The notes: generated from the letters alone by a model not told the origin. 64,000 bases of DNA from Octopus sinensis (GCF_006345805.1 NC_043012.1:58652001-58716000); one strand, 5' to 3'. Shown: positions 1 to 13,849, counted from the stretch's first letter. Numbers and translations are program-made.

Positions 1-81
1 GCGTCGCCTGGTCCAGGAATCGAAACCACAATCTTAGGATCTTGGTGCTGACACCCTAACCACTAAGCCACGCGCCTCCAC
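1..81 (-). mobile_element. tRNA-derived SINE head (same family as 58512-58760), truncated by window edge
   Basis: Reverse complement GTGGAGGCGCGTGGCTTAGTGGTTAGGGTGTCAGCACC...GGTTTCGATTCCTGG has A- and B-box-like motifs and is near-identical to 58512-58590. Confidence 0.85.
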
Positions 82-569
82 CACTTTAACCATAACATAT
101 CTTTATTATCGTTACGCTGCCTGCTGCGCATGCATGCTTATAATTGGAGCTATTGTGGTCAAGTGATCGAAATTTGAGCCTGATAGTGTCATTTTTTTCT
201 GGCTTTACAGTGTAAGCACAGCTGCTCCCCTAGCAATGTGCATCAACAAAAAAATAGACCAGTGATCCGAGAGAAGGTAATGGTGAACCAGTTGACCCTT
301 GCCATCTCCCGAGCTTACTGATTCTTCTTGTCTGTAGTGGAGGTGGACGGGCGTCATGCTCCTTCTTCGTGCGTCACACTTCTCCGGTCACTTTTAAACT
401 TTTCGATTCACTCATACACACTTCTACGCGCTAATACACTGTATCCCTATTGTGCTAAAAGCCTCTGATGACTATCAGCACCTGACACACCTTCCGACCA
501 GAGAAATTGGATCCCTGTTCTTTGTTCTTCTTTGGTGCATATTGCTAGTGGAGCGACCATGCTTATACT

Positions 570-773
570 GTAAAGACAGAAAGAAACATGGTATGATCAG
601 GCTCAAACTTCGATCACGTAGCCACAATAGTACCAACTATTACCCTGATGTAATCTCCAGGAATACATGCATCCAGCAACAGGACCTCCGTAATGCTATG
701 ATGGACCGTGAAGTCTGGCGTAGCATGGTAAATTCCATTGTCTCGACCACGGTCGAACAATAATGATGATGAT
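570..773 (+). mobile_element. RTE-like LINE 3' end fragment
   Basis: Translation ...YPDVISRNTCIQQQDLRNAMMDREVWRSMV resembles the RTE ORF C-terminal motif (L..AM.DR..WR..V) and is followed by a (TGA)n tail. Confidence 0.65.
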
Positions 774-1584
774 AGTACCAACTATAAGCACGCATGCGCA
801 GAAGGCAGTGTGATTATAATAAAGATACGTTATGGTGTGATTGCAGATAAATGTTGACTTCCCTCGCATATAAATGTAAATTTGGTGATTTTTTCATTGG
901 GATATTAGTTACAGGGCCATGTTCAATTCAAATCAAATCAAATCAATTCAGGCACTCACGAACATTCAAACATATTTATTCCAGATTTCATATACAATAC
1001 GAATCATATTTTAAAGTACATATAAAAGTTAGTTCCTTTATAAGGACCAATGCGTGTTGCGATTTGGTGGTGGCTTGTGTGATTCAACGACACTGAGAGC
1101 AATACCAGTATCAAACAAGTTCTTGGTAGGGCCTTTCAAGCAGGTGAGTTAAAACTACAGAGGCTATACCGACTGTTTCCAGAGGTAAAAAGGGATGTGT
1201 ATAAGGCCACAACCCTTACATAGAAAGAAATCAAAGTTACAGGAGTATCAATGGCAATAGAAGATCAATTTAAATCTTAAGCGACGAAGGCGTTCACTTA
1301 GGGTGTACTTTTCAACCCATACTTCGAGATTGGCCCTGAGGGCGCAGAATCGAAAACAGTGGAGTCATCGATGTCCTGTGGTCCATAAGAAGGGAAGGGC
1401 TTAAATGAGTAAGAGTTAATTACCATTGTATATTCGTTATTAAACATGTACAACCTTACGAATTCTTTAAATTACAAACACAGTAATAGAAAGAATTTTA
1501 TTCTAGATGCATTAAGGAAAGAATAAAGTAAATAGCTAGAAATTATGATAATTTGCTTGTAAAACAGTGGTCTGTCACTCTCTC

Positions 1585-1628
1585 CCTCTCTGTCTCTTTC
1601 AGTTTCTGTCTGTTTGTCTGTCTGCCTG

Positions 1629-1660
<32 letters not shown>

Positions 1661-1742
1661 ACACACACACGTACGCACATAGACATTTACACTCTCTTAC
1701 GCACGCACACACACACACATATGATTAGACAGACGGACAGAC

Positions 1743-1839
<97 letters not shown>

Positions 1840-1880
1840 CATACGTACATACATACATACATACATACATACATACATCG
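1585..1880. repeat. Compound microsatellite (CT)n-(CA)n-(GATA)n-(CATA)n
   Basis: Direct reading; about 100 bp of pure GATA from about 1743. Confidence 0.95.
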
Positions 1881-2053
1881 AATGATTGATCGATTACTTG
1901 ACAGATAGATCGAATGATTGATCGGTCGCTTGACAGATAGTCAAACAGGTACATAGATATGACAACCATGTGATTTGTTTCCCAACAAATTTGTAATTTG
2001 CACCACTTGACCAGAAACTCATGATGTCGTATATGCTGTTTCTCTCAAAGTTC

Positions 2054-2493
2054 TTTTCAAAAATAGAAAGTTTTGTAATTTCTAAATCCCTCTAAAGGAG
2101 AGATACAGCGGCAGTACTGAGTATTAAGATATATTACCAAACTAATGTGGCCGTCCATAGAAATAGGACGAATGCTGCTGTTGTTTAGCTCCGAGAGGCG
2201 ATCGCCTTGGCTGTTCCACATTCATAAGGAGCAACTACACCGAAATCGGTCTTTGGGTGCCAGACCAGCAAAAAGAAGTTGATGACCTCCCCTGTTCGAA
2301 GATTTATGGACGCAGGTTCATGCGTCATATAGCTAGCAAGAGGCGATCACCTCTCGGAGTTAATCAATAGCAGCATTCGTTCTATTTCTATGGACTGTCA
2401 CGTTAGTTTGGCAATGAATACTAATATTCAGTACTACTGCTCTATCTCTCCTTTAGAGAGATTTAGAAATTATACCATTTTTATTTTTGAAAA
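2054..2493. mobile_element. Foldback/MITE-like element with ~155-bp imperfect inverted arms
   Basis: 2054-2210 (TTTTCAAAAATAG...GAGAGGCGATCGCC) is the reverse complement of ~2335-2493, around a ~125-bp spacer. Confidence 0.8.
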
Positions 2494-2571
2494 TCAGTGA
2501 ATGTGTTTCACTGAATATATATATAAACAAAACCTCCGAACAAAGGTCATTAACCGACTCTACTGAAGTCA

Positions 2572-2790
2572 GCTGCTCCACATTGATAAGGGGCAACTAC
2601 TCCGAAATCGATCTGTGAATGTCAGGCCAGCAAAGGGAAGTTGATGCCCTCGCATGTTCGAACGTTTATGGACGCGGGTTCGTGCGTCATTTAGCTAGCT
2701 GGATGGGATCGCTTCTCAGAGCTAATGACCAGCAGCATTCGTCCTGTTTTTATGGACTACTACGTTAGTTTGGCAATAAATATTACTACA
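2572..2790 (+). repeat. Diverged partial second copy of the foldback element (spacer plus part of the right arm)
   Basis: CCACATTGATAAGGGGCAACTACTCCGAAATCG...GTTAGTTTGGCAAT matches 2213-2415. Confidence 0.75.
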
Positions 2791-3096
2791 AAGTACTTTT
2801 CAAATTAGCAAGAATAGTTCAATATTTTTTGAACGTCTGATCGTTGATATTGTTCTTTAGTCCACAGAACTCTAATGATCGAACTGGTCTGTCATGATTT
2901 CGTTTGTTGGCACACCTATAATGAAAGGCATTCTTGCAATGATCATTTCGGCTTTACTCCTATCAGATTATCTTTGATTACATTATCTAAAGTGTCATAT
3001 AGCTTTAAGACAACAGGATGTAATATGCGTGAAATTTGCCTGCTGTTTCGATCAAGCATGTCAGCTACATGAAGAATCTCAAACGTTAGCCTAGAC

Positions 3097-3264
3097 CAGT
3101 AGTTCCCAACTTGAAGTCTGCAATGGTAGTACTGGGGGTCCGTGAACTAAATTCAAAATTTCACACATATATATATATATATATATGGGACGGCTGATGA
3201 TGAATGTATGTTGGATTTTTGGTATTGCTGTGAAATAGTATTATAACACATCATTTTGATATAT

Positions 3265-3298
<34 letters not shown>

Positions 3299-3391
3299 CA
3301 CATACATACATACAAACACACACATAGGGATAAGCATATTAAAAGTGGTCCATAGAAAAACTCATTTAAATAAAAGAGCTGGGAACCACTG
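3097..3391. mobile_element. hAT (Charlie-like) MITE
   Basis: TIRs CAGTAGTTCCCAAC...GCTGGGAACCACTG; 8-bp flanks GCCTAGAC / GCGTAGTC (6/8, TAG-centred like Charlie targets); internal (TA)n. Confidence 0.75.
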
Positions 3392-3555
3392 GCGTAGTCT
3401 AATTGATTCTTAACCTGGTACCATTTGATACTTAGGGGTTCACAGAAGATCTCCTTAAAATGTATGTGCGATAAACAGGTTATATTTCTACAGTACACAA
3501 AATATTTTAACTGTTTTTCATACATTTACAATAACGGTTGTAAGTTATGTTACAA

Positions 3556-3676
3556 GGCCAACAATTTCGGGGAAATGGGTACATCGATTACACCGAACCC
3601 CAGTGTTCAACTGGTATTTATATTATCGACCCCAAAAGGATAAAAGGCAAAATCGAGATCTCGGCAGAATACAATT
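3556..3676 (-). mobile_element. Old fragment of the abundant 'GTCGAC/GGGGTCGATAAA' SINE (MetaSINE-like central domain)
   Basis: ATCGACCCCAAAAGGATAAAAGGCAAAATCGAG matches the reverse complement of the family core. Confidence 0.7.
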
Positions 3677-5185
3677 CCTCATAATATTTAATTATAAAAA
3701 ATATTGTAGGATTATCGAGGGCCAGTAGAGTGAAAACGAAATCGAAAGGGTTAAGGGTTCATTGGCGAAAAATGGTTCAGAGCCATAGGCTCTGATGCTT
3801 GCAAGATTGCAAGAATTGCAGAGTACCGGACAAAATAAATAAGTAAAAAGAATAAATCCTGTAATATAAGTAAATAAAAGAAAGATGTAGCGCAGTTAAA
3901 TAAGGCAGGCTATGTTATTAAAACGGAAGTAGTTTGCTACAATGATGTTTAACAAAATAAATCAATATTGTGGAATACGAGAAAGAAAGTCGATTAATCT
4001 TTCAATTAATAGAGAAAGACATGTCTTTTAAACAAACATTTTCCATTCATCATAAAACAGTTTGCATTGTAAAAACGTCATCTCGGTGCCATCAAATCCA
4101 AATAATCTCTTCATGGTTAACATTTTATAACCGAAAACATTTACGAGATTGTGTTGTACTCTAAATAGATAAATTACACACAACCGACTTTTCAGAAGAA
4201 GCTAAGTAAACATGTAATTCTTTCGACTTTTCTTACAAAACAAAACCAACCGTCTTGTACATATACTTGTCGATAAAAAGTTTTTACTCCGTTGTTGCTC
4301 TTGTTTTCGTTACAAAAGTTACATAGGAAAATGTTAGAAGAACTCACGTTAGCTGCTTATTAGTTACCGCAATTGTCGCTCGCTTTGTTGTTATAGTTTT
4401 TAGTTTTACATTTAAATCTTGTACGTGGGTTGCAATTTTGACTATTTTCCCCCTACTGATGTTTATCGTAAGTTTTCTTGTTCTTCTCACATTATGCTAT
4501 TAAAGCTATGTTTAACGGATCATTTCCATCTCAAACAGCAGATGGAGAACATCTTACAAGTAGATGATGCTATCTACTGTATTGCTCCTTATTATAAGAA
4601 AACAAGCTCAGAGACTTTTAGACCAACTGGCAAGCAATGGCATTCTGGGCGTGTGTGTGAACGCTGTGCCGTTTCTACTGATTAGCAAAGCAGATATAAT
4701 TTATTTTGACAGCTTCTTAGAAGACCAGCAGGATTTTTAGGTGAATCGCAAACATCTCAAAGCACTAACTTGATTTTGTACTAAGTAAACTCTAGTGAAT
4801 AAAACAGAAATAATAATGATAATAAAAATAATAATCACAAGGCAAGCAAACAAACGAACAATAATTGCGTGTGAATGAGAAAAAAGACGGCGATTTCTTT
4901 TACGTATCCATTGTATATTTACTTAGAGATAAATATCAAAATATCAATAGATATTCTGTAACGTAATTGTTGTAGATTTACTAAGTTGATTAGATAGTCA
5001 CTTGCATGAGTAACATATAACTCATTTCACGGTTAATTTATAATAACTGATACAGATATGCAGATATGATGCAAACAGTTTTTCTTTGTTTTAAATTTAT
5101 ACAATATATATTTGTATTTATTTAATAAACCTACTAAGCTGTGAAATTCGTTTAGAAAATGCATCCAGACATACACACACACACA

Positions 5186-5225
<40 letters not shown>

Positions 5226-6035
5226 CACACACACTCAAACACACACACACTTACATGCATACATGTATGTATGTATGTCTGGATGTTTGTATTCAGCCTT
5301 TTTAGGCTTTAGTCTGAACAATGTTTTATGCTTCACATTTGAAATATTGTGTAAATGGTCTTGGACAATGTCTTCAGCGGCAGATCCTCTGCGGGTGTTT
5401 TTTTTTTCGGTAAAATAAGCAGAACACATTGTCTTTCTTCCAAGTTGGTTAGATTCAAAAATATGTGGCTGGGGGGAAATTAGAAGGGTTTTCCTTTGAC
5501 TATTTTTGTAGAGCTTTTCATCCAATTAACTGCTGTAAGGCCAACACCATAGCCAAGAGGAAATGTATTTCTCATCTACTGAACTCTCTGTAAACTGTAG
5601 CTATGTATACAAACTGTAGAAATACCTATCACTTGTGAAAATCAGCCACGATGGGTCTGAACGACATTTTTGTCGCAATAGGTGAGGCTTCACAAACATA
5701 ACTCTGTTGAAAGATGTTCCATTCATGCGTATCCTCTATGGCTTTTATTTCGCTAGGTGGTCAATGTGTGACTTGAAGTTTTGACTGACATTTTCTAGCA
5801 GTTTGATTGTCTACGTAGTACTCCCTCGTTAGTCATAACCAAGTGCTATGGCTACCATTTTCATTTTTTTTTACTGCACTACCCGCACCCCAGAACTCAG
5901 CGTGGTGTCTTTTAACTAGTTCACTATTCTCAAAAGCACATTCAAATGTCAGAGTACAAAACACTAATGTAATATTAATGCTATAATGTTATTGATTTCC
6001 TAAATCAACATTTTCTTAATACTAATTGCTTAATA

Positions 6036-6660
6036 ATAACATATCCATCCAGTCTAAATAGGCTCTGGCAGATTCTAAAGTGAATTTGTGGTCGTTGCTG
6101 TTTTGCGTCGTCGGAGAACACCACCTCTCATTAAAAAAATGCGTGTACATAACACTCAGTTCACCGGCATAAGTTGCACATACCTGTATGCTATGAATAC
6201 ACATCGTCTTAAGGAAAGAAGTGCTGCTCAATGACGAAGCACAAATGTACAGTTTCGAATCTGTCAGAAAGTATTAAGAATGAATTGATAGGTTATTGGT
6301 TGAACTCTCGCCTGTTCTGTGTGTACACCATGAGTTATCATCGGTTAGGAAGACGTCAGCATGCAACAGCTAGGAATTTGTTTAATGATTTATGTAAACA
6401 AGTGTTCAGAGTTTCGTTGGATTCATCACTTCGGTGAAGTAGATTTAACTGAGGGGATACAAAATGAGGTCGAAACACTGCAATGGCTCAACCTGTTCTT
6501 ACACCAGCAAATCGCGTATGCTATGAACAAACATCATATAAAAGGATGAGGTGTTCTCCGACGACGAAAACAGATGTGATTAGATTTATTTTCGAGTCTA
6601 CCCAAACGGATTAAGAATGAAGAGATACGTTATCATTTTGGATTCTTACAGTTGTGCGTG
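6036..6660. repeat. Three diverged ~100-170-bp related units, one inverted and two direct
   Basis: GTATGCTATGAA..CATC...GACGA...TTCGA.TCT...TTAAGAATGA at ~6185-6300 and ~6503-6630; GCGTCGTCGGAGAACACC at ~6103 is the reverse complement of GGTGTTCTCCGACGACG at ~6550. Confidence 0.6.
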
Positions 6661-6684
6661 CACTTCAAGAATTATTTTTTACCC

Positions 6685-7023
6685 TTTATCTTTTACTAGT
6701 TTCAGTCATTAGACTGCGGCCATGCTGGAGTACCGCCTTGTAGAATTGTAGTCGAAGGAATCGACTTTATTTTTCTAAAAGCCTATTATTTATTCTATCC
6801 ACGTCTTTTACCGAACCTTTAAGCTACGGGGACGTAAACACAACATCACCAATTGTCAAGCGATGGTGGAGGAGAAACAAAGGCACATACATTCATTATA
6901 TATACGACAAGCTATTTTCGGTCTCCCTCTACGAAATCCACTCACTAGGCTTTGTTTAGTCCGTGCCTATAGAAGAAAACATTTACCCAAGGTGCCATAC
7001 AGTGGGACTGAACCCGCAGTCAT
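6685..7023 (-). mobile_element. CORE-like tRNA SINE, diverged
   Basis: Matches the reverse complement of the 9584-9984 copy (CCCAAGGTGCC..CAGTGGGACTGAACCC; GCGGCCATGCTGGAG). Confidence 0.8.
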
Positions 7024-7394
7024 GCCTGCTCCTATCTGCTTAATATTTAAAGAAATGTGAAAGGAGAAATGGAAATAACAACGTTTACATCATTTGGGGT
7101 GAGTACAATACCAGGCATCGAAATCGAGTCACGTTTAAAGTATTAATGTATTCATATCTTAATGTATTAATATTTATGCATTTTGTCTCAGGACACAATC
7201 GGTAATTGGAGGAAGATATGTGGTTGATGGAAACAATCTGATTTAAGTGACTGATATTTGTTTTACAGATCGACAGTAAAGGGCATAGTAGTAAATACAA
7301 ATCAGTGAGACAGACAGAGAAAAGGACATGAGAGATACAAGTGGTAATAGACGGATAGGTAGACGGCAAGATAGATAGATAGATAGATAGATAG

Positions 7395-7433
<39 letters not shown>

Positions 7434-7879
7434 CTAGATAGATAGATAGATAGACAGACAGATAAACAGACAGAATATATATATATATTGCGATCACCCA
7501 GGTGGCGCGCATAGCAGAATTTTGGAGGAGAATTTACGTTCCAGTCATTACTTAGTTTTAACATCTGCACACCTCCCCCCACTATCTGATGTCGCCTGGT
7601 CAGAGGTGAGGGCTTGTGGCATTTGGTAAATCTATCGAATATGGTGTTGACGAAGGAAATCAAGCTATTTTCGAGCATGTGATCTAGAAACATGTTCATC
7701 ATTAACGGTAAGAGATTGTTTTCGTTTATTTGCTACTCCGATTTTGCGTATGTAAATCGCGGGGTTCGTCGTATATGGAATCTCCACTTGTAGAAATGGA
7801 AAAAACATTCTTTGACTGCCATTTCTAATTCCTTCGGTATGCGGCGAAGCAGCCTGTTGCCCGCCCTTTTAATTATTTT

Positions 7880-7914
<35 letters not shown>

Positions 7915-8339
7915 GAGAGAGAGAGAGAGAGAGAGATAATAGACAAGCAGATATATACATACATACATACACACATACATACATACATACATACATACAT
8001 ACATGCATACATACATACATAATTTCATACATACATACATAGAAAGATAGATAGGAGAAAGAGGGAAATAGAGAGGTCGGGAGGGAATTATTGTAAAACT
8101 CTTCGATCAACGTGACTGCAGGTTCTGCGCATTGCCGTTTCTTTATATCCCAAGAAATATTTATTTCCAGCTTTGAGACAAGACCTTCCATTTGTAAAGC
8201 AGCACTCTTACTTCATAGAATCGGTAATAGTACGTGGCAGCATTTCGTTTTATCGATCCCAGCGGGATGGGATGCAAAATTTATTTCTCATGAGATTTGA
8301 ACTCAGAACATAACTAAATATCGAAAAGCATTTTAATTT

Positions 8340-8341
8340 GA

Positions 8342-8379
<38 letters not shown>

Positions 8380-8915
8380 TACTACTACTACTACTACTAC
8401 TAGCACCACCACTACTACTACTACTACTACTACCACCGCCACCACTACTACTACTACTAATAATAATAATAATACCGCTACTGCTGCTGCTATTACTACT
8501 TCTGCCAATACTACTGCAGTTGTTGCTGCTATTACTACTGCTGCTGCCACTACAACTGCTGCTGTTGCTACCACCACTACTACTACTAGCTCTGCTGCTC
8601 CTGCTATGACTACTACTTCTACTACTACTACTACTACTACTAGTAGTACTACTACTACCACTACTACTTCTACTAGTAGTAGTACTACTACTACCACTAC
8701 TACTTCTACTACTAATACTACTACTACTTCTACTAGTAGTAGTACTACTACTACCACTACTACTTCTACTACTAATACTACTACTACTTCTACTAGTAGT
8801 AGTACTACTACTACCACTACTACTTCTACTACTAATACTAAGATTTTGCTGCGACCACCACCACCGCTGCTACTACTACTTCTGCTGCTGCTGCTGCTGC
8901 TGTACTACTACCAAT
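8340..8915. repeat. (ACT/GCT)n-derived low-complexity tract with a 60-bp higher-order repeat (x3)
   Basis: Lines 8701-8760 and 8761-8820 are identical. Confidence 0.9.
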
Positions 8916-9446
8916 GAATAGCTATTTCCATCGATATCTGTATCAAATTCCTGATACTGACAATGATAATTTTATTAGTTTTATTTAGAATTGTAAAAAG
9001 GATTTCTAAGTTAGAAGCAATGTAAAATATTTTGTACCGATGTGCATTTAGTAATTTCACTCCCAGCACTTACGATTCTACCATGTGTTTTTCATCAACC
9101 CTTTAAGGAGCAAATTCAAAACTGACTTCAGTGGGGTTTGAACTCAGAAAGTAATGACCCGGTAAATAAAGTAGTTCAACTAAATATACTCTGTTCAGTG
9201 CTCCACAAAGTTTGTTAATCACAATTTACTATATCCCCTACCGCAACCCAAAGAATCAGGACTTGTGCCTATTGTAAATAGGATAATTACGTTCTCAGTT
9301 CAAACCCCGCTGAAGTTTACGTTAAATTGCATCAAGAAATCTATAAAATAATTAACAATAAAATAATTTTGCTGCGACCGAAACGAACAAATGATCAAAA
9401 TATTCATTCTTTTTGTATCTTTTTCCTTTTTTTGGCAAGGTGGATA

Positions 9447-10055
9447 CAATAATCCCTCGCCATATCGCGGTTCACCTATCGCGGTTTATTATCGTGGTGT
9501 TGTTTTGCATTTATATTACAATAAATATATAGAAATTATAAAAATAATTAAAAAAATATAGAGTAATTTTTAAAAATGTACATAGGCGTAGAAGTAGCTG
9601 TGTGGTAAGTAGCGTGCTTACCAACCACATGGTTCCGGGTTCAGTTCCACTGCGTGGTACCTAGGACAAGTGTCTTCTACTATAGCCTCGGGCCGACCAA
9701 AGCCTTGTGAGTAGATTTGGTTGACGGAAACTGAAAGAAGCCCATCGTATATATATATACGTGTGTGTATATGTTTGTGTGTCTGTGTTTGTACCCCCAA
9801 CATCGCTTGACAACCTATGCTGGTGTGTTTACGACCACGTAAAATAGCGGTTCGGCAAAAGAGACTGATAGAATAAGTACTAGGCTTACAAAGAATAAGT
9901 CCTGGGTTCGATTTGCTCGACTAGAGACGGTGCTCCAGCATAGTCACAAATGACTGAAACAAAAAAAAAGAGTAAAGAGAGAGTACAGTACTGTTTCTAC
10001 TTCGCGGATTTTCTGTATTTTTTTACCGTAACACGCGATAGACGAGGGATTACTG
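9447..10055. mobile_element. Tigger/pogo-like MITE interrupted by a SINE
   Basis: TA|CAATAATCCCTCG...CGAGGGATTACTG|TA terminal inverted repeats with TA flanks. Confidence 0.75.
9584..9984 (+). mobile_element. Full-length CORE-like tRNA SINE with an internal (TA/TG) microsatellite
   Basis: GGCGTAG..GCTGTGTGGTAAG head, GGTTCCGGGTTCAG B box, ACCT.GG.CAAGTGTCTTCT (MIR/CORE-like), tail GGTGCTCCAGCAT...GACTGAAAC. At least 10 copies in the window. Confidence 0.9.
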
Positions 10056-10751
10056 TATCTTCATAGATTGTTATTCTTTACCGATTTTTCTAATCGCAGT
10101 GATTTTAGATATGTTCCACATTCATTAGTCTACCTGAGTATATTTGCCGCAGGTAGTAAATGAATAAGTTACTCTCGATCATCTCTTAAAGGTTCCTCGA
10201 TCATTTAATCTGAGCAGCCGCAAGATTATCAGAGCCTATGCAAGCCTTGTGGACGAATGTGGGATAATATTATGTTTAATTGTTTATTTCAACAGTCTGA
10301 CTATAGCAGCCGTTTTAGTACCTTTCAGAAGTATCTGTTGTCTATTGGGCTTCTAATTAATCTCCGTGTATTGTACTGTTAAGAGATTCGTAGATAAACT
10401 TCTCTTAGCGCAGAACATCATTTTATTGAAAATAATCTCTATTATAAGGAGAAATGTACTGCGAGATGACAATTAAGCAGCCGTATTTAGTGCGAGATAA
10501 ATAATTAACACGTCATCAATTGCACAATGATAAACAATGAGTTATTTGAAAGTTTGAGGTAAGTTCTATACTATCCCTCATCCTGCTAGAAATCAAAGTT
10601 AAATCTCTCTCAGGTTACACCATGCTGTCTAAAACAAAAGAATGTGACATTTGGATAATGTAGTCCTTGATGTAGTGTCACTGAAAATTAAAAGGTCTGT
10701 TGGTCATGCCTGCTATAATTATTAATAGATATTTGCTCGATCAGAGATACA

Positions 10752-10917
10752 TATATACGACTTCTTTCAATTTCCGTCTACCAAATGCACTCACAAGGCT
10801 TTGGTCGGCCCGAGGCCATAGCAGAAGACACTTGCCCAAGGTGCCACGCAGTGGCACTGAACCTGGAACCATGTGGTTGCTAAGCAAGTTACTTACCACA
10901 CAGCCACTCCTGCGCCT
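10752..10917 (-). mobile_element. CORE-like SINE, 5' half
   Basis: Reverse complement of 9584-9750. Confidence 0.9.
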
Positions 10918-10919
10918 TC

Positions 10920-11019
<100 letters not shown>

Positions 11020-11020
11020 A

Positions 11021-11053
<33 letters not shown>

Positions 11054-11229
11054 CACATATCACAGTTTGACTGGGAACATACGGGTTAGTATCGTCATAT
11101 AAGTAGAGCCGATAATCATACCACTGCCTGTCTGGTACCGTATCGATAATGAATGACATATATGAAGATTCAACCAGACAGCACTGGATGATTAATATCA
11201 TAGTCATAATAATTGCTACATAGAATCAC

Positions 11230-11520
11230 TGAGGCATGTAACATTTTGTTTGATTGGTAACAAACACATCCATAAGGACTGGCATATACGAAGAGTCGAT
11301 CAGACTGCACTGTGTGACCAGCATTGCAAGATGGGACCAGAGAACCACACGACCGTTTAGTTGGTTGTGAATCATACGTCATAATTTGGCTCGTACGTCC
11401 ACAACGGTTATTGTGGATGTACTACCAGTATCCAGAATTTTACTTTAATGTGTTAAACATTGATTGGTCTGCTGGAAGGAAAACCGATGCATTCGTATAT
11501 GCAGCTGCCTGCACGACTTC
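11230..11520 (+). pseudogene. Possible highly decayed RLE-type (R4/Dong-like) non-LTR fragment
   Basis: Mixed-frame CDQHCKMGPENH / DRLVGCE / YVHN resembles the C..C....E...H...GC...Y..RHN motif; many stops and frameshifts. Confidence 0.3.
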
Positions 11521-11555
11521 GAGATCACCAAATAACATATATATACAATATATAC

Positions 11556-11588
<33 letters not shown>

Positions 11589-13546
11589 TATATATGTATG
11601 TATGTATATGTATACTTACATGTATGTATATACATACTCATATATATATGTATATATATATATATATATATATTCACATATATATATATACATATCCATA
11701 TAATATTCACATATAGAGAGATATACATGCATATACATATACACACTAACACACGCTCATATATGTGTATATATATATATATATATACAACTATGTATGC
11801 ATATGTATATGTACATATATATACATGTATACATACTTACAAATACTCATATCTTGAATGAGTGTATGAGTGTGTGTGTACGTTCTTGACATTATTACAG
11901 AAGTGAAATATTATCTATTCTATAATTAATTTCATAAGACTTTGTAGTATTCTTATTGATTTATATCTGAAGACCATGCAGTAATTAATTATAGATTACA
12001 ATAGATTCTATTCTAGCAACTGAAGAAAGAAAAGGCAAAATTTCGAGAAAGATTGATCTCGTACATTCGGGTGAAGGTTCAACAAGGCTATTACATACTT
12101 TAATAAACATTCTCAAAGATGTAAACATTTTGTTTTTAAATCATAAAATGCCTAGCATTGCTTGAACATATAATAACAGCGATACATCTCATATATATAT
12201 ATATATATCTCAAATAAGTATTATCTTCTACTTCGGTTACAAAAGGACTGTTTGGCAAATATTCATTCACCAACAGACATTAACCTCTCGCTATATCTTC
12301 TCTCCTTTGCTCTTTCTAATGATACGGCAATGGATTCTACAATTGTAAAGGGGTTAGTTATATATCAGCATCACTTGAGATTAGTAGACTGTCCCTAACC
12401 CCTCATCCCTTCTGGTTCTTACTTTCTGCTTCTGCACTACACATTCTCCCCAATCCTTCAGGCAAAAACCTGGAAATATCTTTAATTTCTTTCCCAACCC
12501 ATAGTGTATATATATAACAAATGAAAGACAGATGGAATATACGAGAATATATTATTAATGACAGCAATTGTTTCGACACATCTAGCGTTGACTCCTCTTG
12601 TGAGACACACAAAAACTGGTTCAGGAGTATCCGGTGGTGCAGACGTATCTCGTCGGATGATAAATACATAAATAAAAATCTCGTTAAATTGACTGTTCCA
12701 TAATGCAACTTTTCGTTTTGTAGAGAGAAAACTCAGCCAGACGGACGAAAATTCTTCGTATATATAGAGGATCCAAACATAAAATTGCAGAAGACAAAAA
12801 GGGAAAGGAACACTTAATCCAGCGAGAAAAATTATTGAAAAAAACCGTTAACCGATATGGATGCATAAACGCCCTCGTGCAAGCAGCATAGCACGAGTTC
12901 TCACGTTAGCATAAATGTGAGCACACACACACACACACCACACACACACACACACACATACACACACACACGAGGTTAGGCGCATTCATAATTACAAAGC
13001 GATTTAGATATTTAGTGGGTCTTTATACTATATTATTATTAGTAATCAGTTATTGAGTAATGATTTAAAAACTTTAAGGAATGGATGGTTTAAATTTACT
13101 TTAAACCTCCCCGTTCTACTTCGGATACAAAAAGGACTGTTTGGCAAATATTCATTTTGCAAATATTCATCTGTCTGGCGAAAGCTAACGCGAATCTCCA
13201 AGTAGGAGTTCTTTTGCGATGATATTGCAGCTTTAATGAAAAGATATATATATTTATAAAACGTGCAGTATATGGATTCGAGGAAACGCCCCCCAAAAGA
13301 GTCCCTCATATAACCACGATGTTCTGATGATCTGAAGAACTAGCCTTCTCTATGTGCATTTGTTTGTAAATTTACAATTGTACTTTGTAATGTATAGCAT
13401 GCATATTAGAGCAGATATGTAAAATGATACACTTTGCATTAAAAATATCTTTATTACATGATGAAGGCTGCGAAACATCCGTCATCCGACTGGTACCTCA
13501 ACTGGTGAATTAAATATATTCATCTCTCATACCTCCTGACCTTTTG

Positions 13547-13577
<31 letters not shown>

Positions 13578-13650
13578 CATACGTACATATATATATATAT
13601 ATGCTTGCATACACACATGCGCGCACACACACACACACAAACACACAATC

Positions 13651-13681
<31 letters not shown>

Positions 13682-13806
13682 TATAAGTGATTTCACCAGA
13701 AGCTGTACTTAAATAATGTCTGAAAGGGCCAAATTTGAAAATATTAAATAATTTTTCTTCTTCTTTTCCTCTTCTCCCTCCTCCCGCTCCTCCTCCTCCT
13801 CCTTAA

Positions 13807-13849
<43 letters not shown>

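Noticed and set aside
1472-1969. ORFs of YLSI/YIYI/CVCV/THTH type throughout the ORF track
   Set aside because: They are translations of microsatellites that lack stop codons.
7500-7860. Mariner-like transposase motifs on the minus strand
   Set aside because: Similarity is very weak and the putative motifs occur in the wrong order.
12229-13160. ~40-bp direct repeat (TACTTCGG.TACAAAAGGACTGTTTGGCAAATATTCATT) 890 bp apart
   Set aside because: Too long for a TSD and too short for LTRs, with no recognisable element between; treated as dispersed repeat fragments.
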